The notes: generated by a model not told the origin, from the sequence alone. DNA of 64,000 nt from an uncultured Gemmatimonadales bacterium (GCA_963798915.1 CAWCVB010000005.1:217291-281290); one strand, 5' to 3'; shown: positions 49,050-58,301, counted from the first letter of the stretch. Numbers and translations are program-made.

Positions 49050-50212
49050 ACGATCACCTGCCCGGGTTCACGTCGACGGGAAGCAAGCGGCCTGAATCGC
49101 TGTATGGCTCGGCCCATCCTGCGGGCGTTCCGCTGCGCATGCGTTCGGCGGCGGGATGCCGGGTGTCAGGCGAGGATGGTCGTGAGTATCTCGATTTCAT
49201 CATGGGATTAGGGGCCGTGGCCCTGGGCTACGCGCACCCCGCTGTCACCACGGCCATCCAGCGAGCGGCCGCCGAAGGCGTGGTGGGTCCACTCTCGCCG
49301 GTGCTCGAGGAGCAGGTTGCTGCGCATCTGGGGCGGATCATGCCGTGGGCTGAGCAGGTGCGGTTTCTGAAGACCGGGGCCGAGGCAGTTGCCGCCGCGA
49401 TTCGGCTGGCCCGGAGCTTCAGCGGGCGCTCGCGGGTGTTGGGCTGCGGCTACCATGGATGGCTTGACGGTACCCAGGTGGCGGGCACGCAAGGCGTGCC
49501 GCCGGAGATCACCTCATGCTTTTCCGTGCTGCCCTTCAACGACCCGGACGCGGCGGCGCGTGAGGTACGGCTCGCGGGCGACGCCCTGGCCGCCGTCATT
49601 GTCGAGCCGGTCATCGAAGAGCCTCCCTCGGTCGAGTGGCTGGCTACCCTCCGCCGTGAAACGCGACAGGTGGGCGCGCTGCTCATCTTCGATGAGATCA
49701 AGACGGTCGGGCGTGTCGCGCTGGATGGGGCCGCGGGGCGCTGGGGTGGCGAGCCGGATCTGGTGGTGCTCGGCAAGGCCATCGCGAACGGAATGCCGCT
49801 GGCCGCGGTTGCCGGTCGGCGGGACGTGATGGCCGAGGCGACGCGCACCTGGATCAGTTCGACCCTTGCGACCGAGTTTGTCTCGCTCGCAGCGGCCGAA
49901 GCCACGTTGCTCGAGCTGGAACGCCAGTCTGTGCCCGCTCACCTCCAGCGCGTCGGCACGCTGCTGCTGGATGGACTGCACCGGCTGGCTGACCGATATC
50001 CTGCTGCCCTGCGCCGGGCGGTCGGGCTGCCGGAAATGTGCTTCCTGGAGTTCGTGACCGGGGACCACGGCCGGGACATTGTGGCCGGCTGCGCCCGCCA
50101 GGGCGTACTCTTCAAGCGTTCAGCTTACAACTTCGTGTCCCTCGCACACGACGAGCGCGCCGTTGCCGGCGCGCTCGACATATTGGACTCCGTGGTGCAG
50201 GGCGTCTGCTAA
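49046..50212 (+). CDS. Class III PLP aminotransferase (GSA-aminomutase-like)
   Basis: YLDF.MG.G...LGYAHP, KTGAEA, YHGW, IFDEIKT, GKAIANGMP, SST. Confidence 0.88.
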   Translation: MNDHLPGFTSTGSKRPESLYGSAHPAGVPLRMRSAAGCRVSGEDGREYLDFIMGLGAVALGYAHPAVTTAIQRAAAEGVVGPLSPVLEEQVAAHLGRIMPWAEQVRFLKTGAEAVAAAIRLARSFSGRSRVLGCGYHGWLDGTQVAGTQGVPPEITSCFSVLPFNDPDAAAREVRLAGDALAAVIVEPVIEEPPSVEWLATLRRETRQVGALLIFDEIKTVGRVALDGAAGRWGGEPDLVVLGKAIANGMPLAAVAGRRDVMAEATRTWISSTLATEFVSLAAAEATLLELERQSVPAHLQRVGTLLLDGLHRLADRYPAALRRAVGLPEMCFLEFVTGDHGRDIVAGCARQGVLFKRSAYNFVSLAHDERAVAGALDILDSVVQGVC

Positions 50213-50709
50213 CGGGATCCGGGCGATGGCTGGCCACCACCGGCGCGTCCCCGGCGTTCCTGCCTCTGCCGCTCGGTTTCGCCCTTCTCCCACGCGTCAT
50301 ACTTGGTCTTCTGCTCGGGCGTGAGCAGGGCGGACACGCCCTCATCGAACGTCTGGGCCGCCTGTTGCAAGGAGGCCATCTGAGCCCGCGAGCCCTGCAT
50401 CATTTCTCTCGCCTGGTCCCGGTTGCCGGCCTGCATGGCTTCCCTGGCCTTGGCTCGCGTACTGGCGAGGCTGTCGCGCATGGCCTTGGTGGCCTGCAGG
50501 TGGCTGGCGCGAAGCTTGGTGTACTTGGCCGATTGATCGGCATTGAGGCCGAGCGCTTTGGTGAGCACGTCGGCGGTGGGGGGAGCTGCCGTGACATAGG
50601 GACTCATGCCGGCCATCCGGCCCATGCCAGGCCCGGTGCCGGCTTGGGCCGCAAGGGCGGCCGGTGCGAGCAGGGCCAGGAATGCGAACTGCAGGGAACG
50701 CGTCTTCAT
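50209..50709 (-). CDS. Spy/CpxP-like periplasmic helical protein (LTxxQ)
   Basis: Signal peptide; LGLNADQ and LLTPEQK motifs; GGAGG RBS. Confidence 0.75.
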   Translation of the reverse strand: MKTRSLQFAFLALLAPAALAAQAGTGPGMGRMAGMSPYVTAAPPTADVLTKALGLNADQSAKYTKLRASHLQATKAMRDSLASTRAKAREAMQAGNRDQAREMMQGSRAQMASLQQAAQTFDEGVSALLTPEQKTKYDAWEKGETERQRQERRGRAGGGQPSPGSR

Positions 50710-50822
50710 GCTGATGCCTCCAAGGGGTTCGTGCGGGCTCACTGTCGGGCCCGGTTGAGATACGCGCGAGGGCTGGACGGCGTTGACTCGACAGCGGCAC
50801 CCGGCCGCGTCATCTTCCGCCT

Positions 50823-51623
50823 GTGCTGATCGACGTCCACGTCCACTTCCTCCACGCTCGTTCGCCCCGGGCCGACTGGCGCGAACGCAACGCAAGCCGC
50901 CTGCGGGCTGCTGAACGCATCGGGATCACCTGGCAGGTCTCGTCTGTGCTGGGGTCCTGGGGCGCTCGCTCGCCCATCTACTTCCCGTCGCCCGCGGACG
51001 TCACCCTCGCCAACGAGATCCAGCGTGAGATTGTGTCCCAGTATCCGGACCGGGTGCGGGGCTATGCCGTGGTCAATCCCAACTTTACGGAGCATGCGCT
51101 CCAGGAAATTGAGCGGGGGAGGCATGGTGGCATGATCGGGGTCAAGCTTGCCGCCAGCCGGCGCGCCGATGACGACCTGCTGGATCCGGTCTGCGTTGCG
51201 GCTGAGGACCACGGCTTTCCCGTGCTGCAACATGTGTGGCAGCACCGGCGCCAGGATTTTCCGGGTCAGGAGGCGTCGGACGCGGTGGAACTGTGTGCGC
51301 TTGCACGGCGGCATCCGCGCGTCGCCTTTATCCTGGCGCATATTGGCGGCGGCGGCGACTGGCTCCATTCGCTTCGAGCCGTGCGGAGAGCCGAGAACGT
51401 ATTCGTAGATCTTTCGGGCAGTGGGGTCGATGGCGGCATGCTGGAGCAGTGTATTCACGCAGTCGGCGTCGGGCGGCTGCTGTGGGGTACCGATCTCACC
51501 ATCGGGACAGGCCTGGCCAAGCTGCGATATCTGGAGCGGCAACTCGACGCAGCAGCGCTGGACCAGGTGCGCTGGCGCAACGCCGCATCCATCTTCCCGG
51601 CTGGCAGCTTTCCGGAGCGCTAA
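50823..51623 (+). CDS. Amidohydrolase (amidohydro_2 TIM barrel)
   Basis: IDVHVH, GVKL, LQH, LAHIGGG, LWGTD. Confidence 0.9.
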   Translation: MLIDVHVHFLHARSPRADWRERNASRLRAAERIGITWQVSSVLGSWGARSPIYFPSPADVTLANEIQREIVSQYPDRVRGYAVVNPNFTEHALQEIERGRHGGMIGVKLAASRRADDDLLDPVCVAAEDHGFPVLQHVWQHRRQDFPGQEASDAVELCALARRHPRVAFILAHIGGGGDWLHSLRAVRRAENVFVDLSGSGVDGGMLEQCIHAVGVGRLLWGTDLTIGTGLAKLRYLERQLDAAALDQVRWRNAASIFPAGSFPER

Positions 51624-52402
51624 TGCGAATCGACGTCAACGCTTCGCTTGGTTCCTACCCTTGGCGCCGGGTTCCGGGCACCTCCGCCGAGGCACTCAGC
51701 ACGAGCATGGATCGCACCGGTATCGACGAGGCCTGGGTGTTCCACCTCCCCGGTCTGACCTGGCGGGATCCGATGGAGGGCAACGCCTGGCTGCTCGATG
51801 CGTGCCGTCAGAACGCTCGCTTCGCGCCGGTGCCAGCCGTCCATGCGGGCTTGCCCGGGTGGGCCGATCACCTCAAGCAGCTCGCATCAGACGGCGTGCA
51901 GGCCGTGCGTGCCGATCCCACCTGCTATGGACTCGCGCCAGCCGGAACGGAAATGCGCGCGCTGGTTCGCGAATGCGCGAGACTCGACGTGGTGCTGATG
52001 CTCGCGGTCCGCTTCGAGGACGGCCGCCAGCGCCACCCGCTCGATCACGCGGGAGAATTGCCGGCCGCGGCGGTGCGTTCCCTGATCCGGGAGGACGATA
52101 GCGCCCGTCTGGTGGTGACCCACGCCGACCGGAGCTACATCGAGGAAGTGCATTTCGGCTCCACGCCGGACCAGTCACGGCGCATCTGGTGGGACATCTC
52201 CTGGATCTGGGGACCGCCGGAGGATCACCTCGAGATTCTGCTGGAGACGGTTGGCGCCACTCGCTTCCTCTTCGGCACCGGACAGCCGCTGCGGCTGCCT
52301 GAGACGCCCATCGCGCGGCTGGACCTGCTCGACATCGCCATGGCCGACCGGGCTCTGATCGAATCGGGGAATGCGCTGTCGCTGCTGGGCCGTGGCAGGT
52401 GA
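51623..52402 (+). CDS. Amidohydrolase-fold paralog lacking the HxH metal motif
   Basis: IDVNAS replaces HxH; ED.RQRH; LFGTG; SGNA; TAATG coupling to the upstream gene. Confidence 0.75.
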   Translation: MRIDVNASLGSYPWRRVPGTSAEALSTSMDRTGIDEAWVFHLPGLTWRDPMEGNAWLLDACRQNARFAPVPAVHAGLPGWADHLKQLASDGVQAVRADPTCYGLAPAGTEMRALVRECARLDVVLMLAVRFEDGRQRHPLDHAGELPAAAVRSLIREDDSARLVVTHADRSYIEEVHFGSTPDQSRRIWWDISWIWGPPEDHLEILLETVGATRFLFGTGQPLRLPETPIARLDLLDIAMADRALIESGNALSLLGRGR

Positions 52403-53280
52403 GTGCGCTGCAGGAGCGGCTGCGCGACGGGGTTGTGGCCGCGGTTCCCGTCCCCTGCCAGGGCCGCGAGATCGACCAGCGTGCCCAACGCCGATATGCG
52501 GAAAGCATGGCGGCGGAGCCATTGGCCGGCGTCGCGGTCTGGGCCCATACCGGCCGTGGACGGCACCTGTCCGCTGAGCAGCGCCGCTGCGTGCTCGAGA
52601 CGTGGCGGGAAGTGCTGGCGGGGAAGATCATTGTCGCCGGGGCCTATGATACCGGCACGGCCATCGATGCCCGCCGGCGCGGCGCCGATGCGCTGCTGAT
52701 CCATCCCAGCGCCGACGACACGATCCGCTACCACGAGCGGCTCAGCCGTGAGCTGCCCGGCATCGTGTTCTGGCTGTACGAGGCCGCAGGCGGCGTGCCG
52801 TACGACGACGCGACGTTGCACCGACTCCTCGAGCTTCCGCAGATCATCGGGATCAAGATCGCGACGCTCGACTCGGTCATGACCTACCAGCATCTCGTCT
52901 CGCTGGCCCGTCAGCACCCCGACCGTCTGATCCTCACTGGTGAGGATCGCTTCCTGGGCTACTCCGTCATGATGGGCGCCGACGGTGCGTTGATCGGCAT
53001 GGCCTCGGCGGTTCCAGCCCTGGCCACGTCGCTGTTCCACGCCCGAAACCAGGAGGATCCGGCCCGCTTCCTCGCCTTGACCCGGGCGGCGGACGCCTTC
53101 GGCATGGCCACCTTCGCCGAGCCGATGGAGGGCTACATCCGCCGGATGCTCTGGGCCGCCGCCACCGAGGGGCGGCTGCCCCTGGCCGCGTGCGATGACC
53201 CGTGGGGGCCGACGCTACCCGAGACCGAGATCGCTGCTGTGGCGCTGGCGGTGCGGGATGCGCAGTCGGCTCTCCGCTGA
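52399..53280 (+). CDS. Dihydrodipicolinate synthase/NAL-family aldolase or dehydratase
   Basis: AVPVP, HTG, GADALL.HP, LY, IGIK (Schiff-base Lys), TGED, GADGALIG. Confidence 0.85.
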   Translation: MSALQERLRDGVVAAVPVPCQGREIDQRAQRRYAESMAAEPLAGVAVWAHTGRGRHLSAEQRRCVLETWREVLAGKIIVAGAYDTGTAIDARRRGADALLIHPSADDTIRYHERLSRELPGIVFWLYEAAGGVPYDDATLHRLLELPQIIGIKIATLDSVMTYQHLVSLARQHPDRLILTGEDRFLGYSVMMGADGALIGMASAVPALATSLFHARNQEDPARFLALTRAADAFGMATFAEPMEGYIRRMLWAAATEGRLPLAACDDPWGPTLPETEIAAVALAVRDAQSALR

Positions 53281-54403
53281 TTTTGACCGGTTCGGCCGGG
53301 AGCTGCCGCGCGAATGGGCGTCGCATGTGCGCGAGCACCACCGGATCGACTTGAGTGCCTCCTATCTGGGCGAGGCGCTTCCGCATCCGCTGGGCAAGGC
53401 CTCGGGGCAGTTGTCCCTGAATTCCCGCCAGCTGGAGCAGGACCAGGAAGCCGGCCTTGCGTTCATCGTGCTGAAGACCGTGATCGGTGAGCGTCCCGAT
53501 GGAACGCGCCGCATGCAGGCGTGGGCCACCGGTGAGACGCGCATGACGGTCGAGCAGCGGGTCGAACCCGATGGCCGGAAGGGCTGGACGGTGACGTGGA
53601 AGGGACGAGGATGGTCCGGCTCGCTCGACAGCTACGCTGCCCTGCTGCGGGAAGGGCGAGGAATGACGCATGCGGGCGGACCACTGATCGTGCCATCCGT
53701 CAAGCTTCATCTTCCTGCCAGGGGTGAAGCATTCGACAGGGGGGAGTATCGTCACACGCTGGCAGTGCTGCAGCATGCCTGGGGAGAAGGTCCGCTGCTG
53801 CTGGAGAAAGACTTCTCGCCCACACTTGCAGGCGATTCCCGTTCGGAGGAACAGCAGACTGTCCTCCGCTGGGTCAGGGAGGTGCCCGGTATTTTCCGGG
53901 CAGCGGCCGCCGGCCCGGTGCGACTCTCGCTCAAGCTGATGAATGCCCGGTTCGGCGATGCGTTCCAGGTGCAGATGATGCAAGCGGCACGGGAAGCTGC
54001 GGGTGTGACGGTGTTCAATCGCCTCTGGAGCGAGGAACGGCAGGTCGCCTACGGCGGCTGGGCCCTTTCGGATCGCAATCTTCGGGTGCTGGACCTGGCG
54101 GGCCCCGGAGGGCCAACGCGTTGCGGCACCGGGAACATCTGTTCAGGGCGGCAAGTGGCCGCTTACGCGCGCCGGGGCTGCCAGTCAGTACAGTTGCACA
54201 CCTTCTTTCAGCTCCCGCTGTCGGCCTATCCGGCACGAGCCGGCAGCCGGACGCAGCGCGCGGTTCACGCGCTGGTCTTCCATCCGGAAACTGGCTTGAT
54301 CGCCGCGCTGCTCGACGCGGAGGAGGCGGGACTGCTGGCGCGTCGGGATGGGCTGCTGCACTTCAGTGACTTTTGTGGTCCGACCGGCAGCCATGAAGAT
54401 TGA
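53258..54403 (+). CDS. Dihydroorotate/dihydropyrimidine dehydrogenase-like FMN TIM-barrel protein
   Basis: YLG..L.HP.GKASG, IVLKTV, LKL, VFN, GTGNI.SG, SVQL follow the DHODH/PreA fold order; distant match. Confidence 0.55.
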   Translation: MRSRLSADFDRFGRELPREWASHVREHHRIDLSASYLGEALPHPLGKASGQLSLNSRQLEQDQEAGLAFIVLKTVIGERPDGTRRMQAWATGETRMTVEQRVEPDGRKGWTVTWKGRGWSGSLDSYAALLREGRGMTHAGGPLIVPSVKLHLPARGEAFDRGEYRHTLAVLQHAWGEGPLLLEKDFSPTLAGDSRSEEQQTVLRWVREVPGIFRAAAAGPVRLSLKLMNARFGDAFQVQMMQAAREAAGVTVFNRLWSEERQVAYGGWALSDRNLRVLDLAGPGGPTRCGTGNICSGRQVAAYARRGCQSVQLHTFFQLPLSAYPARAGSRTQRAVHALVFHPETGLIAALLDAEEAGLLARRDGLLHFSDFCGPTGSHED

Positions 54404-55523
54404 CCGCGTCGAGCTGTATCAGCTGACACTACCGCTCGCCGAACCATTTGTCATCTCGGGTGGCAGCATGCTGCAGCGCGAATCGCTCCTGGTCCGACTC
54501 TGTTCGCCGACGGGCGCTGAAGGCTGGGGAGAGTGCCCGCCGTTCGCCCTGCCGTTCTACTCCGAGGAGACGCTCGGCTCCGCCCAGGTCATGCTCGAGC
54601 GGATCCTGCTCGGTCGGGTCGAAGGACAGGAATTCGCCACGCCAGCCGCGGTGCACGACGCGCTCGTCCTCAACGTGCGAGGCAACCCGTTTGCGAGAGC
54701 GGCGATCGAGACGGCGGCATGGGATCTCGTTGCCGACGAGCATCGGTCCAGCCTGGTGCAGCTGCTCGGCCAGGCACTCGACGCCACGCCGAAGAGTGCC
54801 GTGCCGTGCGGGGTGGCGCTCGGTATTCCGGCATCGGGCGAGCTGGATGCGCTGCGGATGCAGGTCCTGGAGGCGCTCGACACCGGGTATCGCCGGGTGA
54901 AGATCAAGATCAGGCCCGGATGGGACACCACCCCCGTGCGCGCGGTGGCGGCACTCCTGGCTGGAACCGGCGTACCACTCACGGTGGATGCGAACGGCGC
55001 CTACCCATGGCCGGCCGGTCTCGACAGCTTGCGTGCACTCGACGAATTCGGGCTCCTGTATATCGAACAGCCACTTGCCCCCGACGAGTTGCTCGGCCAC
55101 GCGGAGCTCGGCCGGGCGCTGACCACGCCGATCTGTGTGGACGAAACACTGACGAGCGTTCGCGTGGCGCGCCAACTGGTCGAACTGGGCGGCCCCAGCA
55201 TCTGGAACATCAAGGTGCACCGGGTCGGAGGCCTCACGGAGGCTGGCCGGATCTGGCAGGTGGGCCGGCAGCACGGCATCAGTCTGTGGGCCGGCACCAT
55301 GCCCGAGTCCGGGATAGGCAGCCAGGCCCCGCTGGCGCTGGCGGCACTTCCGGGCTTTGACCTGCCATCCGATCTCGAGCCGAGTGCGCGCTGGTTCGGG
55401 CGCAACCAGGACGTCATCAAGCTGGTGATGAGCGGCGACGGCCTGATGACGGTTCCGCGGACCTCCATCGGCCGCCTGATCGACCGGAAACGGCTTGGGG
55501 CTGCAACCCGTCGGCTGCGCTGA
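54393..55523 (+). CDS. o-succinylbenzoate synthase / N-acylamino acid racemase (enolase superfamily)
   Basis: GWGE...P.YSEET, RVKIKI, VDAN, IEQP, DE, NIK.RVGG, WAG.M.ESGIG, PSD. Confidence 0.88.
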   Translation: MKIDRVELYQLTLPLAEPFVISGGSMLQRESLLVRLCSPTGAEGWGECPPFALPFYSEETLGSAQVMLERILLGRVEGQEFATPAAVHDALVLNVRGNPFARAAIETAAWDLVADEHRSSLVQLLGQALDATPKSAVPCGVALGIPASGELDALRMQVLEALDTGYRRVKIKIRPGWDTTPVRAVAALLAGTGVPLTVDANGAYPWPAGLDSLRALDEFGLLYIEQPLAPDELLGHAELGRALTTPICVDETLTSVRVARQLVELGGPSIWNIKVHRVGGLTEAGRIWQVGRQHGISLWAGTMPESGIGSQAPLALAALPGFDLPSDLEPSARWFGRNQDVIKLVMSGDGLMTVPRTSIGRLIDRKRLGAATRRLR

Positions 55524-55626
55524 ATAGCGCTTCACGGGGTCCGAATCTCCGAACTGTTGCATTGTGCACCATTGGTGCGGCGCCTCTGGTTCCGCTCTCC
55601 AACGATTGCAGGTACTCTCCCCAGTA

Positions 55627-56904
55627 ATGAGCTCAGCACTCCTGCTTGTCGTGCTGGTCGCGGTGGCGTACGTCGCGGCCAAAGTGGCGTTCCAGTGGAT
55701 CGGGCGGCACTTCCTCATCGTGTCGGGGGCCGAATATCTCCTGCTCGGCATTCTGCTCGGACCCCAGGTCTCTGGCCTCCTGACGCCACAGGCGCTGCGC
55801 ACCTTCATCCCCTTCATGACCCTGGCGCTGGGCTGGATGGGCGCCATGGTCGGCATGCGCCTGTACCTGCCGGGCATGGTGCGCCTGCGCGGGGTTTTTT
55901 ACCGACTCGCCTTTGTGCAGTCGGTGAGCACGCTCGTGATCGTGAGTGGTGCGAGCCTCCTTGTGCTGCAGCGCCTCTTTGGCGTCACCTCCGGCTACGC
56001 CCTCATGCCGGCGCTGGTGCTTGGCGCCATCGCGACCAGTTCGGCCTCCGATGCCGTCCAGCTGATCGTGCAGCGGCTGGGCCGCCGGAGCGTCGTGGTG
56101 CGCCAGATCGAGGTGGCGGTGGGCATGGATTCGCTGGTGGCGATTGCGACGGTCGCGGCCGTCTTCTGCCTCAATCATGTCGGCACCCCGCAGCTGACGC
56201 GTGCACCGACCGCAGTCGAATGGTTCGTGATTTCGTGCGGCGTGGGCGTGGCCGGTGGCGCGCTGTTCCACCTCTTCCTTGGGGAGGAGCGCGATCCGGA
56301 CCGTCTGTTCATCTCGCTGGCAGGGGCGATCATCTTCGTGACTGGTGCGGCGAGCTTTCTCCAGCTCTCGCCGTTGCTGCCCGGGCTGCTCATGGGCGCC
56401 ATCCTGGCGAACACGTCGCGGAACCGGCAGCAGATCGAGGCCGTGCTCCACAGTGTGGAGCGGCCGCTCTATTTCGTGCTGCTGCTTTGCGGCGGCGCCC
56501 TGTGGAGTCCGGGCGGCGGTGCCTGGTTCCTGCCGGTGCTGGTCTTCCTCGTCGCGCGCATGATGAGCAAGGTGTACGTGGCCCGGCTGGCTGCCAGCTT
56601 GAACGACATGACCGGGGTGCTGGGGCCGAACTGGGGGCGGGCCCTGATCGGACAGGGCGGTCTCGCGCTGGCCATTGCCTTCAACTACCTCATCGAAAGC
56701 AACTCGTTCTTTCCCAACATCATCTTCACCGCGGCCGTGGCCAGCGTGCTGCTGACTGATCTTGCCTCCGCCCGGCTGATGCAGAAGGTGGTTGCCACCA
56801 GCCCCTACGAAACCCGCGCCTCGGGCGAGCAGGCTGGTCCGGACGCCGGTCCGTCTGCCGCGCCGGAAGTGCCCGAGCCCGCGGCGGTGGGCGGGGAAGG
56901 CTGA
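55627..56904 (+). CDS. Cation:proton antiporter (CPA) family protein, paralog 1
   Basis: About 12 TM; YLLLGILLGP, LSPLL..L.MG...AN, ERP.Y, QGGLALA. Confidence 0.75.
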   Translation: MSSALLLVVLVAVAYVAAKVAFQWIGRHFLIVSGAEYLLLGILLGPQVSGLLTPQALRTFIPFMTLALGWMGAMVGMRLYLPGMVRLRGVFYRLAFVQSVSTLVIVSGASLLVLQRLFGVTSGYALMPALVLGAIATSSASDAVQLIVQRLGRRSVVVRQIEVAVGMDSLVAIATVAAVFCLNHVGTPQLTRAPTAVEWFVISCGVGVAGGALFHLFLGEERDPDRLFISLAGAIIFVTGAASFLQLSPLLPGLLMGAILANTSRNRQQIEAVLHSVERPLYFVLLLCGGALWSPGGGAWFLPVLVFLVARMMSKVYVARLAASLNDMTGVLGPNWGRALIGQGGLALAIAFNYLIESNSFFPNIIFTAAVASVLLTDLASARLMQKVVATSPYETRASGEQAGPDAGPSAAPEVPEPAAVGGEG

Positions 56905-56905
56905 G

Positions 56906-58222
56906 ATGCGGCGAGTCATCATCCTGATCCTGCTGCTCGGCACCATGCAGCTCATCGCCCTGGCGGCGCCATTCGGCGGGGCTGGGCGTTCCATCCTGGT
57001 CTTCGGCTTCCTGATCCTCGCGGCGTATTCGGCGGGCGAACTGGCGGAGAATTTCCGGGTGCCGAAGATCGTGGGCTACATGGTGGCGGGAGCGGTGTTC
57101 GGGCCGTTCGCCGTCGGGGTGATCCGGCCTGGTGAAGTGCATGCGCTCAATCCGGTGGGCGACCTGGCGATCGCGCTCATCGCCTTCCTGGCGGGCGCGG
57201 AGCTGGAGTGGGGCGAATTGAAGCGGCGCGGCGCCACGCTCCTCAAGGTCACGGGCACCGAGCTGGCGGTGTCGTTTGTCGCCCTGGCCGTACTGCTGCT
57301 CGTCCTGCGGTCGTACGTGCCGTTCCTGGCCGGGACCAATTGGACCGCGACCATCGCCTTCACCATTATTTTCGTCGCGATCGCCATTGTGCATTCGCCG
57401 GCCGCGACGATGGCGCTGCTGACTGAGACCCGCGCCCGCGGCCAGGTCGCGCGGAGCACGCTCGGCATCGTGCTCCTGGCCGACGTGATCGTGGTCCTGC
57501 TCTTTTCCGGGGCGCTGGCCCTCGCGCGCGCCATGGTGCCGTCGGGCGCACGGGGCGTCGGGTCGATCGCGGCGACGCTCTGGGAGATCGGAGGCGCGTT
57601 TCCCATCGGGATAGCCATCGGGCTGGCGGTGGTGCTGTACCTCCGCGTGACCCAGGCCGAACTGTTCCTGTTTGCCATCATGGTGACTTTCTTTGGCCTC
57701 GAAGTCGCCAAGCTGCTCCACGCCGAGCCGCTGCTGACACTCCTCGTTGCCGGCTTCGTGACCCAGAATGTCTCCCGCCGCGGTCGCGGAACGATACTGC
57801 GTGAAGCCATGGAGCGTTCGGCGGCGCCGGTGTTCGTCATCTTCTTTGCACTGGCCGGCGCCAAGCTCGACATCGCCGAGGTCATGCGACTCTGGGCCAT
57901 TGTCCTGCCGATTGTCCTGGTGCGGGCAGGTGGGCTCTGGTTCGGATGCCGGCTCGGCGGCAAGTGGGCGGGCCTCGAGCCGCAGGAAACGCGGTACCTC
58001 TGGCTGGGTCTGGTGGCGCAGGCCGGCGTGGCAATCGGGCTGGTGGATGTGGCGAGCAGTGTCTACCCGGCGGCGGGCGGCGACATGCGAACCATTCTCC
58101 TGGCCGTGATCGCCGTGGATCAGACGATCGGACCGATCCTCTTCCGGCGTGCACTCATCAAGGCGGGAGAGGTCGGTCAGCGCCGATCCCGCGCCGACGC
58201 CGTCGAAGCCGCACCGGCCTGA
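56906..58222 (+). CDS. Cation:proton antiporter (CPA) family protein, paralog 2
   Basis: PKIVGYMVAG..FGP, IAF.AG.EL, SPA, LAD, FFALAG, QAGVAIGL, IGP. Confidence 0.85.
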   Translation: MRRVIILILLLGTMQLIALAAPFGGAGRSILVFGFLILAAYSAGELAENFRVPKIVGYMVAGAVFGPFAVGVIRPGEVHALNPVGDLAIALIAFLAGAELEWGELKRRGATLLKVTGTELAVSFVALAVLLLVLRSYVPFLAGTNWTATIAFTIIFVAIAIVHSPAATMALLTETRARGQVARSTLGIVLLADVIVVLLFSGALALARAMVPSGARGVGSIAATLWEIGGAFPIGIAIGLAVVLYLRVTQAELFLFAIMVTFFGLEVAKLLHAEPLLTLLVAGFVTQNVSRRGRGTILREAMERSAAPVFVIFFALAGAKLDIAEVMRLWAIVLPIVLVRAGGLWFGCRLGGKWAGLEPQETRYLWLGLVAQAGVAIGLVDVASSVYPAAGGDMRTILLAVIAVDQTIGPILFRRALIKAGEVGQRRSRADAVEAAPA

Positions 58223-58247
58223 TCCGGCCTCACCAGGCAACAACGAA

Positions 58248-58280
58248 CGGCGACCAGGACCGGAAGGGTCCTGGTCGCCG
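58248..58280. terminator. Strong hairpin terminator between convergent genes
   Basis: CGGCGACCAGGACC-GGAAG-GGTCCTGGTCGCCG, a perfect 14-bp stem, followed by TTCGTTGTT on the minus strand. Confidence 0.75.
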
Positions 58281-58301
58281 CGCGGCCGCATCTCAGGCCA
58301 A

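Noticed and set aside
49046..50212. Calling the aminotransferase hemL
   Set aside because: Short, lacks the HemL N-terminal PGGVNSPVR motif, and has no hem gene context.
55556..55579. NtrC-like site TGCACCA-T-TGGTGCG upstream of the CPA pair
   Set aside because: Half-site spacing differs from the NtrC consensus and there is no -24/-12 element downstream.
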